From NCBI GenBank assembly GCA_029856125.1, contig JAHQWJ010000076.1, forward strand, positions 1 to 31,836: a stretch of DNA of 31,836 nucleotides. Direction: 5' to 3'. Both the position numbers and the translations under genes were made by a program. This document shows positions 8,173 through 16,258 of this stretch, in pieces; within the stretch, counting starts at the first letter, position 1; every line of letters starts with the position of its first letter. The DNA comes from Promethearchaeia archaeon (GTDB lineage Archaea > Asgardarchaeota > Lokiarchaeia > Sigyniarchaeales > SOKP01). The notes beneath the pieces are model-generated. The model worked only from the letters and a program-made list of their open reading frames with translations. It searched no databases and was not told where the DNA came from.

Positions 8173-10089
8173 CTACCAGATAATTATAATATGAGTTCCA
8201 TTATTTTTTTCAATAGAAATCTTTCCACCCATTTTTTTGGTTATAGTGGATATAAGTTTTAATCCTAGTGTATCTGAATTTTTATAATCTATGTCTTTAG
8301 GGAATCCTATTCCATTATCATACACTTCTAATAATTTTCTATTGTTTATGGTTTTTTTGAGTGTAATAATAATTTTTCCCTCATCATTTTTAGAAAATGC
8401 ATGTTTTAACGAGTTAGATACAAGTTCATTTATAATTAAGCCACAAGCATTGGCATCGTCTAGACTGAGATCAATATTATCAATGTTCAATTGTAGTTTA
8501 ATCTGTTTGGTATTTACAGAATAAATTTTAAATAGATTATTAACAAGGTTTTTTATGTATTTTGTAAGATATATCTTATTCAAGTTTTCGGAGTCGTATA
8601 ATGTTTGGTGTATTAGCGCCATAACTTTAATACGACTTTGGAAATCCTTAAAAATATTAAGAATTCGCTCATCTTTTACATATTGTTCTTGTAGTACTAT
8701 TAAACTTGAAATTATTTGTAAGTTGTTTTTTACTCTATGATGGATTTCTTTCAGGAGTATTTCTTTTTCTGCTAGGGACGATCCCAGTAGGGTTTCATTC
8801 TTTTTCTGCTCAGATATATCAATTATATTTATATACAGAGCAGAATTTCCTTGAAATTCAATCCTTTTTGAATATTGTCGAGTATACAAATAAATTTCAT
8901 TTTTTTTCTTCATTCGTATTTCGGATTGAAATGAGGAGAGATCTCCGCTTAAAATTTTATTATATCTTTCAAGAGCTATTTGTAAATCTTCCGGATGAAT
9001 ATGCTGAGTTATAGTGTTTAGATTCCAAGATAATAGTTCATTTATTGAAAATCCTAAAATGTTAGATATACCTTTGTTTGCAAAAATTATTCGCCCATTA
9101 GAAACTATAAGCGTACCCAACAAGGATTGTTCTGTGAGCATTCGATATTTTTCTTCGCTCTCTCTTAACTCTTTTTCAGTAGAATCACGAACAATAACAC
9201 CTGTAAGAACATTCGCTATAGATTGTAAAAAATTGATATCATCTTTTGAAAATATCCGATATTTTTTTGTATGAATTCCTAAAATACCAAATGGGGTGTT
9301 TCTTCCTTGAATAATAACGCTCATTCCGCTAATAACATCATGATCCGCAAGAAGTTTTGGAGCAAAAAATCTAGTTTCAGTTTTTAAGTTTTCCGCAATT
9401 ACTGGAGTAGTTTTTAGTAGTGTAAAACCCGCTTGCGAATTTTTATTATTTTCAACGGTTGCATTTCCAACTAATCCTTTATGCCAGCCAATTCCTGTCC
9501 GTAATTTTAAAAATTTCTTATTAGGAAGAATTTCAAGTACCTTTGTATACTCAACATCCAATATTTTTGCAAGCAAAGATGTTGCATTTTTAAATATAAT
9601 GTCAATATTTTTTTCAGTAATAGTTTCCAAGCCAAATTTGGCAATCAAAGCTTGCCTATGTATATGATCTTCAATGGACAATTGGATTTCCTTGCTTTTC
9701 GTTAAATCTTGGGAAACACAGAGAATTCCGATAATTTTATTTTGATTATTAATAATTGGTGCTTGATTTGATGTAAGATGTATATAAGTTCTATTTTTTT
9801 TTTCTAATCGATATTCAATGTTTTTAACCAATTTACGTTCCATTACTTTTTTAATTCCTTCGTTAAGAATCTTTTTATCATTAGGATGAATTAATTTATT
9901 AATACTTGATGAATCAAGGATTTCTTCTTTATCATATCCTAATAAATCATTAAAAGCATTATTAACATCAAGGAAATTTGTGTTTATATCTACTGTATAA
10001 ATCATACAGTTAGAAATTTTAAGTAATGTTTGAAATTTCTCTTCAATTAAATCTTGAGAAGAATTAACATTTTCGTGTTTTTCACTCAA
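8173..10089 (-). CDS. Cytoplasmic PAS-GAF-PAS histidine kinase (HisKA_2 type)
   Basis: Two PAS domains (IHPND, IHPED), GAF (DDINFLQSIANVL), EIHHRVKNNLQ, NELVSNSLKHAF, DNGIG, TLGLKLI; no TM helices. Confidence 0.93.
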   Translation of the reverse strand: MSEKHENVNSSQDLIEEKFQTLLKISNCMIYTVDINTNFLDVNNAFNDLLGYDKEEILDSSSINKLIHPNDKKILNEGIKKVMERKLVKNIEYRLEKKNRTYIHLTSNQAPIINNQNKIIGILCVSQDLTKSKEIQLSIEDHIHRQALIAKFGLETITEKNIDIIFKNATSLLAKILDVEYTKVLEILPNKKFLKLRTGIGWHKGLVGNATVENNKNSQAGFTLLKTTPVIAENLKTETRFFAPKLLADHDVISGMSVIIQGRNTPFGILGIHTKKYRIFSKDDINFLQSIANVLTGVIVRDSTEKELRESEEKYRMLTEQSLLGTLIVSNGRIIFANKGISNILGFSINELLSWNLNTITQHIHPEDLQIALERYNKILSGDLSSFQSEIRMKKKNEIYLYTRQYSKRIEFQGNSALYINIIDISEQKKNETLLGSSLAEKEILLKEIHHRVKNNLQIISSLIVLQEQYVKDERILNIFKDFQSRIKVMALIHQTLYDSENLNKIYLTKYIKNLVNNLFKIYSVNTKQIKLQLNIDNIDLSLDDANACGLIINELVSNSLKHAFSKNDEGKIIITLKKTINNRKLLEVYDNGIGFPKDIDYKNSDTLGLKLISTITKKMGGKISIEKNNGTHIIIIW

Positions 10090-10545
10090 ATTTCATGCAC
10101 TATACTAAACTATCTTTTTTTTATTGACTTTAATGTTTAATAGAATGTCTTTAATTATAATATTGGAAATTTAATTAAAAAAATATCTGTTTATATTTGA
10201 TCCATCCAAGTTTTCATTCTACTTTTCTTAATAAGATTAAAAAATGCTTTAAAATAAATCTTTTGAATATAAATCGAAAAAGATTAATATTATTCATCTA
10301 AGATAGATTCAATAGAAAGAACTTAATTGCTAATCTAGCAAAGATTTTATGTGGTAATGTAAATTTTAAAGATTTTCTTCCATTTTTTATTAAGATTCTA
10401 TCTAATTTGTCAATTTAAAAAACTTATTTATATGGGAAAATTTATAAATGAAAAAAGGTAAGAAAAGTCATATAAAAAATTTTGATTTTTTATTTAAATT
10501 TGTTTGTTTCAAAAAATATAATATCGAAAAAATAGGTCAATAAAA

Positions 10546-11031
10546 ATGGTAAAACTAACAAATGAAATGAAAGAAGGTTTAGTTGTTCCCGGCAAAGGGG
10601 GCAGTTTGATTTACTTAGCAACGTCATCATTAGATGGTAAACCAAATATTGCCGCAATGCGTTATATAGATACATATAAAGACGATAAACTTCTGGTTGC
10701 AGATATGTTCTTGCTTAAAACTAAAGCGAATCTTAAAGAAAATCCGGAATGCACAATAACAATATGCCACCCAATGGACTCTGGAAGAGACTGGTCCTTT
10801 AAAGGTAAAGCTGTTGATATTGAATATGGTTTTCCTCCAGATTTTGATTGGCACGGAGCTAAAGCTAAAGATATCTTAGAAGGTTGGGGTGACTGGCATA
10901 ATAAAGAACCTCCAGATGAAGTTCCTCCAGATGTAGTTTATCCTAAAGCAGCTCAACGCGGAATAGTAGTATTACATGTAGAAGAAATATATTCAATCGA
11001 AAAAGGAAAAGTAGGTGAAAAGATACAATGA
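10546..11031 (+). CDS. Pyridoxamine 5'-phosphate oxidase-like FMN-binding split-barrel protein
   Basis: LATSSLDGKPN...ADMFLLKTKANLKENP...FKGKA...VEEIYS. Confidence 0.85.
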   Translation: MVKLTNEMKEGLVVPGKGGSLIYLATSSLDGKPNIAAMRYIDTYKDDKLLVADMFLLKTKANLKENPECTITICHPMDSGRDWSFKGKAVDIEYGFPPDFDWHGAKAKDILEGWGDWHNKEPPDEVPPDVVYPKAAQRGIVVLHVEEIYSIEKGKVGEKIQ

Positions 11032-11444
11032 CTGTGAAATTAACTGAAAGGATGAAAGCTTGGATTAAAATTGGTTGTCATTTGAATGTAGCAACGAAAA
11101 CTGGGATTCCTTTGGTCACCGTATCAAGAAATGTAAAATCTGTTTCTGATGATGAGGCAGTTTTTGCGTTATCTCAGGATGAATATTCCGTTATTGGAGC
11201 AGCTTTAGCTGAAAATCCTTGGGTTGCATTTGGAGTGTCTCGAGCAGGAGGAATCCGTGCTTGTTTTCAATTCAAAGGTAAAGGATCTATTGACAAAGAA
11301 GGAGATATTTATAATTTAAAGGTAAAAATATCTGAATTCTATTGCACCAAACCCGGATGCTATGCTGGAACAAGACTAGACACTAAACCCGCTCAAGAAT
11401 GTGAAGAATGGGAACATGGTCTCTGGACCGATTTACCAAAATAA
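11028..11444 (+). CDS. Divergent split-barrel (PNPOx-like) paralog
   Basis: VATKTGIP...LAENPWVA...FQFKGKG...ISEFYCTKPGCYAG; ATGA overlap with the previous gene. Confidence 0.7.
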   Translation: MTVKLTERMKAWIKIGCHLNVATKTGIPLVTVSRNVKSVSDDEAVFALSQDEYSVIGAALAENPWVAFGVSRAGGIRACFQFKGKGSIDKEGDIYNLKVKISEFYCTKPGCYAGTRLDTKPAQECEEWEHGLWTDLPK

Positions 11445-11530
11445 TAAAATAATAAATATAATCAAATTTTTTTTTTGAATTTTAGTTATTTGAAAATTGA
11501 ACTTTTATGGGTTAACGATGGTATTAATTT

Positions 11531-11860
11531 ATGGAGAACAAAATAGTGGCTGAAGAAGATATCAAAGAAGAAGAAATAATTAAGAAAAAACCAAAAAAAC
11601 CAAAAAAACCTCCGAAGCAATTCCCGTGGTTTATGCCCTTTATGTGTGATGGGTGTGGTGATTGCGTTAAGGTTTGTCCACAATCCGGCATTGAATTATT
11701 AGGTCTGGACAGAAAGGTTCCATGTGCTTGGCTTATGTATCCTGATTATTGTATAGGATGTGGAAAATGTGCAGAAGCTTGTCAAAACTCAGCTGTTCAA
11801 ATGACTGCATATGTAGAAAAAGCTATTGAAAGGTATAAGACAAAAAAACCTTTCCAATAA
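11531..11860 (+). CDS. 2x[4Fe-4S] ferredoxin with charged N-terminal extension
   Basis: CDGCGDCVKVCP and CIGCGKCAEAC; N-terminus EEDIKEEEII-KKKPKKPKKPP. Confidence 0.9.
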   Translation: MENKIVAEEDIKEEEIIKKKPKKPKKPPKQFPWFMPFMCDGCGDCVKVCPQSGIELLGLDRKVPCAWLMYPDYCIGCGKCAEACQNSAVQMTAYVEKAIERYKTKKPFQ

Positions 11861-11911
11861 AAATTAGTAAACAAAGATATTTTAAAATAAAAACAAAAGA
11901 GGAAATTAAAA

Positions 11912-12976
11912 ATGGTATTTGATTTAAGAAGATGCGATTTTTCAAAATGTAAGGGAGAATGTCTCGCAAGGTGTTTGTTCATTGATTACAATGAAGAACA
12001 AGCTAAAGCAGATATGGCTAAATTAATTCACCAGAAACCTGCGGATGTACTTGCTAAATGCGTAACATGCTATGCGTGTAATGAATTTTGTCCACGAGGA
12101 GCAAATCCATGGGATTTGATTAATCAAATGCAAGAAAAAACAGGTCTCTATATATATCCAGAAGAGGCTAAAAAAACTGCATTAGGGTGGGCGAAAAAAG
12201 AGGATAAGATTATTAAAGGAGATACTGGTAAACCAGCATTGTCTATAGGAGGCTTTGCTGATGCTCTTCCATATGATAAAGTGTTTAAAGGAAAGTTATT
12301 TGAAGGACTCTCTTTAATAATGGGAGGCTCATACGCTTGTAGAGCACCCGAAACTCATATGTGTGATGCTAATTCTTGTTTAGATAATCTGCCTTCAATG
12401 ATTAAAAATCTTACAGATACAGGTTACAAAGAGATAATTTTCTACCATGATGCATGTTATGGGTTTGTAACATCGGAAGCATTAGCAATGATGATTGAAG
12501 TTCCTTTTAAACCTATTCACATTATGGAATATATTAGAAATTGGCTCCGTGATAATAAGGATCTTATTACTCCATTGAATTTGAAAATTGCATATCAACG
12601 ACCTTGTACTTCAAGATATAACCCCCATGGAGAACTTACAGAAAGTTTATACGATTGGATGGAACAAACTTTTGAATTACTTGGTTGTGAGCTTGTAGAA
12701 CGAAAATATCAGAAGGAGAACTCTATGTGCTGTAGTTCTGGTATTTTTCCAACCCAGAAAAAGAGGGCAATGGGGTATGTCAAACAAAATCTTCAAGATG
12801 CTAAAGATGCCGGAGCGGAAGCATATATTACATTTTGTCCGATCTGTACAGCAGTAATGAGAAACACAGCTAAAAATATGGAAATGACACCTTATTATAT
12901 TGTCATGTTAGTACAAAAAGCTCTGGGAGAAGAATTGCCTATAGGTGGGGCTGGAATTGGTGTACCAGTTCATTAA
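11912..12976 (+). CDS. HdrD/GlpC-like Fe-S oxidoreductase (4Fe-4S + CCG-type domain)
   Basis: N-terminal Cys cluster, CVTCYACNEFCP, and C-terminal YQRPC...CCSSG...CPIC (CCG-like). Confidence 0.8.
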   Translation: MVFDLRRCDFSKCKGECLARCLFIDYNEEQAKADMAKLIHQKPADVLAKCVTCYACNEFCPRGANPWDLINQMQEKTGLYIYPEEAKKTALGWAKKEDKIIKGDTGKPALSIGGFADALPYDKVFKGKLFEGLSLIMGGSYACRAPETHMCDANSCLDNLPSMIKNLTDTGYKEIIFYHDACYGFVTSEALAMMIEVPFKPIHIMEYIRNWLRDNKDLITPLNLKIAYQRPCTSRYNPHGELTESLYDWMEQTFELLGCELVERKYQKENSMCCSSGIFPTQKKRAMGYVKQNLQDAKDAGAEAYITFCPICTAVMRNTAKNMEMTPYYIVMLVQKALGEELPIGGAGIGVPVH

Positions 12977-13019
12977 AATTTTATAACCAATTTTTTTTTT
13001 TAAAACTAGGTGTATAATT

Positions 13020-13769
13020 TTGAAAGTTTTGATTAGTATCCGTTCCTTAGAAGAGTTAATCCCTGCTATTAATGGAGGAGCTAATATAATCGATTTAAAA
13101 AACCCTAATGAAGGTTCGCTTGGTGCTCCTTTTCCTTGGATGATAAAGAAAATTAGAAATTTTGGTAATGACTTTGCTTTAAGTGTTGCTATTGGAGATA
13201 TGCCGAACTTACCAGGAACAGCAGCCCTTGCTTCTTCTGGTGCTGCAGTCTGTGGTGCGGATATAGTTAAAGTAGGCCTCTATGGTCCTCGTTCTTTCAA
13301 TGAAGGGGTTAAATTGTTAAAAAGCGTAGTAAAAGCAGCAAAAGATATTAACCAAAAAATTTTAGTTGTTGGAGCAGGTTACGCAGATTTCAAGTCTTTT
13401 AATGGTATTGATTCGATGGATATTCCTTCAATATGTAAATCCGCTGGAGCAGATATAGCAATGTTAGATACATATTCAAAAAATGGTCAAAAATTATTCA
13501 ATTTTACAGATTCTGAAAAATTAAGGAAATTTGTTAAGAAAGCTCGCGAAAATAACCTATTAGCAGCTCTAGCTGGGTCACTCGAGCTAAAAGATATAAA
13601 AAAAATAAACGATATAGGAGCAGATATTATCGGATTTAGAGGGGCTGCTTGTAGTGGATCTGATAGGAAAAATGGAGTTGTAGAAATTAACAGGGTAAGA
13701 CAAATTTTAGAAATCTCACAAAATCTAAATAAAAATGATAGGATTTTAAGATCTACTACTTTAGTATAA
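13020..13769 (+). CDS. mfnB: (5-formylfuran-3-yl)methyl phosphate synthase (4-HFC-P synthase, DUF556)
   Basis: KVLIS...GGANIIDLKNPNEGSLGA, SVAIGD, DIVKVGL, GYAD, MLDT, ALAGSL, DIIGFRGAAC; both family Lys residues present. Confidence 0.92.
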   Translation: MKVLISIRSLEELIPAINGGANIIDLKNPNEGSLGAPFPWMIKKIRNFGNDFALSVAIGDMPNLPGTAALASSGAAVCGADIVKVGLYGPRSFNEGVKLLKSVVKAAKDINQKILVVGAGYADFKSFNGIDSMDIPSICKSAGADIAMLDTYSKNGQKLFNFTDSEKLRKFVKKARENNLLAALAGSLELKDIKKINDIGADIIGFRGAACSGSDRKNGVVEINRVRQILEISQNLNKNDRILRSTTLV

Positions 13770-13826
13770 AATTTTGTTATGAAAATATAATATTATAAAA
13801 AAATGAATGAAAACCTTACATAAATT

Positions 13827-14093
13827 ATGATGAAAAGTATGACTAATATGAAAATTAAACATTCTCCTGAAAAATGTTATGCGTGTAAAACTTGTGAATT
13901 AGCATGTTCTTATCATCACACGAAAACTTTTCAACCATCTGTTTCAAGTATTTCTGTTGAGAGAGACCATGTTAATGGAATTTGGCGTTGGACCTTGATG
14001 GATACGTGTGATAAATGTCAAGGCGAAGAACAGCCCTTATGTGTAAAATTCTGTTTTTATAATGCAATTTCTATTGAGGAGGCTGGTGAATAA
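13827..14093 (+). CDS. Small Fe-S subunit of aldehyde oxidoreductase (AorA-like, short)
   Basis: CYACKTCELACSYHH...CDKC...PLCVKFC; directly precedes the AOR gene. Confidence 0.85.
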   Translation: MMKSMTNMKIKHSPEKCYACKTCELACSYHHTKTFQPSVSSISVERDHVNGIWRWTLMDTCDKCQGEEQPLCVKFCFYNAISIEEAGE

Positions 14094-14094
14094 A

Positions 14095-16014
14095 GTGAAT
14101 AATTATAATATCAGAGGGGGAATCACAGGAAAAATACTTAGAGTAAATTTAAGTGATGAAACCGTAAGAGTAGAAGATAATGAATACGCAAAAAGATGGA
14201 TTGGGGGGAGGGCTCTAAGTAGTTCGATTCTTCTAAATGAAGTAGAACCCAACATAAAGTGGGATGATCCAGAAAATTATCTTATTTTTGGCACGGGTGC
14301 CCTTGTAGGAACTCTTGTTCCAGCAGCATGCCGGATGAATATCGATACTTTAAACGTCTTCAATAACGGTAAGGGGTCCTCTAATTTTGGTGGACACTTC
14401 AGCCCTGAAATGAAATTTGCTGGTTTCGATCAAATTATAATCAGTGGAAAAGCAGAAAAACCAATTTATCTCTTTATAGAGGATGGAAAAGCTGAAATAC
14501 GAGACGCTAGGCATTTATGGGGTGCAAACACATTTGAAACAGAACAACTCCTTAAAACCGAACTAAACGATAATAAAATTGAAGTTGCCTCAATAGGACC
14601 GGCTGGAGAAAATCTTGTTCGTGGATCTGCTATCATCGTAGATTGTGGTCGAGCAGCGGGAGGGTCAGGTGTTGGATGTATAATGGGAGATAAAAAGATC
14701 AAATCAATCGTTGTTCGAGGGCATAAGGAGGTAAAGGTAGCTTATCCTGAGAAGTTTATTGAACGGGTATACGAAGCGTATCAAAAAATTATGAAACGCC
14801 CTACAGCTAAATTATTTAGAAAAAAAACACTCGGAGGACTAGTATATAACGATTCTGAACAATTCGATGAACTTTGGGAGATGATGCACACCGTCAGAAA
14901 TGCCCAAGATGTTCATTGGTCTCGTGAAAAACGAACAAGAATGATGGGTAAAAATGGCGTTGGTAGGTTTTTCAAAAAAATTCAAGCGTGTTACGCTTGT
15001 CCAGTAGGGTGCCAGCCATATTCAGAAATTGAGGAAGGAAGATATGCAGGTACTAAAGGGCTAGGGTATTGGATAAATTCTGTAATGTGGTCGGGTAAAA
15101 TGGATATTTCTGATCCAGAAGCATCATTAAAATACCATCTTCGTGCTAACCAGTTAGGTTTGGATGGGGATAACTCTTCTGTCGTGATGGCATGGGCTTT
15201 TGAGGCGTATGAGAAAGGATTATTAACGAAAGAAGAAACTGATAATCTAGAATTAACATGGGGAAATGTAGATGCTATGATGGAATTGCAAGAAAAAGTA
15301 GCTCACCGCAAAGGTTTTGGAGATTTTCTCGCAGATGGAGTAGTTGAGGCAGCAAAAAAACTCGGAAAAGGCTCAGAAAGATTTGCTATTCACCAAAAAA
15401 ATCAAGACACTCTTGATCCTTATAGACTTGCTAAGGGGTGGTCTCTAGCATGTGCAACATCACCTGTAGCAGGACGTCATATGAGAGGCAGTATCAACCT
15501 CCCTATCGCATTTGGTCCTAAAGGAGTTAAATTTAATCCATATTCTTATGAAGACCAGCCACCAATCGTGTTCTGGGAACTTATTTCAAAAGAAATAGAA
15601 GATATTATAGGAATTTGTGTATATGTTGGAACATGGTCTGGAGTATATGCGCTTGAACGACCTGATTACGTTGACTTAACTAATTTAGCACTTGGAACTA
15701 ATTTAACTGAAGAAGAATTCGTGTTGCTTGGACAGAAATCATATAACTTAGAAAAAGCTTTTAATACTTTACATGTGGGCTTCACACGTAAGGATGATTT
15801 ACCACATCGGAGATTCTTTGAAGATCCAATCCAATCAGGACCCCATAAAGGTGAGAAATTAGATATGAACAAGTATAACTCGATGCTGGATAAATTTTAC
15901 GAGCTTCATGGTTGGGATAAAGAATCTGGATTGCAAACCCGAAAAAGCTTAGAAAGTATAGGTTTAAAAGACGTAGCTGAAAAATTGGCCAAAGCCGGAC
16001 GCTTAATTGAATAA
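14095..16014 (+). CDS. aor: Tungsten-dependent aldehyde:ferredoxin oxidoreductase family protein
   Basis: GKILRVNLS, SNFGGHF..EMKFAGFD, SIGPAGEN, CYACPVGC, LGLD, GIC, FYELHGWD. Start revised from 14062 to in-frame GTG 14095 (GGTGA SD, 1 nt after upstream stop). Confidence 0.93.
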   Translation: MNNYNIRGGITGKILRVNLSDETVRVEDNEYAKRWIGGRALSSSILLNEVEPNIKWDDPENYLIFGTGALVGTLVPAACRMNIDTLNVFNNGKGSSNFGGHFSPEMKFAGFDQIIISGKAEKPIYLFIEDGKAEIRDARHLWGANTFETEQLLKTELNDNKIEVASIGPAGENLVRGSAIIVDCGRAAGGSGVGCIMGDKKIKSIVVRGHKEVKVAYPEKFIERVYEAYQKIMKRPTAKLFRKKTLGGLVYNDSEQFDELWEMMHTVRNAQDVHWSREKRTRMMGKNGVGRFFKKIQACYACPVGCQPYSEIEEGRYAGTKGLGYWINSVMWSGKMDISDPEASLKYHLRANQLGLDGDNSSVVMAWAFEAYEKGLLTKEETDNLELTWGNVDAMMELQEKVAHRKGFGDFLADGVVEAAKKLGKGSERFAIHQKNQDTLDPYRLAKGWSLACATSPVAGRHMRGSINLPIAFGPKGVKFNPYSYEDQPPIVFWELISKEIEDIIGICVYVGTWSGVYALERPDYVDLTNLALGTNLTEEEFVLLGQKSYNLEKAFNTLHVGFTRKDDLPHRRFFEDPIQSGPHKGEKLDMNKYNSMLDKFYELHGWDKESGLQTRKSLESIGLKDVAEKLAKAGRLIE

Positions 16015-16096
16015 TTTTTTTTTTCTCTTTTTTAAGAACTAATTTCTTAACCATATGGATATAAAAAATAGTTCTTTCTGAGATGTTTTAAACTAA

Positions 16097-16252
16097 TTTG
16101 AGCAATTTTCATTAGTAGTATCTGTATTTCTATCGGTTGGGATTAATCAAAATAATTTCAACTATCGAGGTGCAAAATTATTTTTGCTTGAAAATGGAAT
16201 TTAGCTAATCGGTTTGGTAATTGCAGGGATAATATTAGCAGTTTGAAGTTAA
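16097..16252 (+). pseudogene. Remnant resembling the C-terminus of a DUF1761-type membrane protein
   Basis: Frame reads FSLVVSVFLSVGINQNNFNYRGAKLFLLENGI*LIGLVIAGIILAV*S*; two internal stops, no start codon. Family resemblance from memory. Confidence 0.4.
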
Positions 16253-16258
16253 AAGAAA

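Noticed and set aside
118-9274. Short track ORFs overlapping larger genes (e.g. 118..306, 481..735, 1296..1547, 2499..3013, 4604..5401, 8291..9274)
   Set aside because: Antisense or alternate-frame shadows of well-supported genes, with no motifs.
10090-10545. Recurring AAGATT/AATCT words in the divergent promoter region
   Set aside because: Very AT-rich with irregular spacing; cannot be told from chance by eye.
11912-16014. Class II benzoyl-CoA reductase (Bam) or full heterodisulfide reductase complex
   Set aside because: No HdrA/BamDE-like flavoprotein or aromatic-CoA pathway genes in the window; assignment unsupported without a phylogeny.
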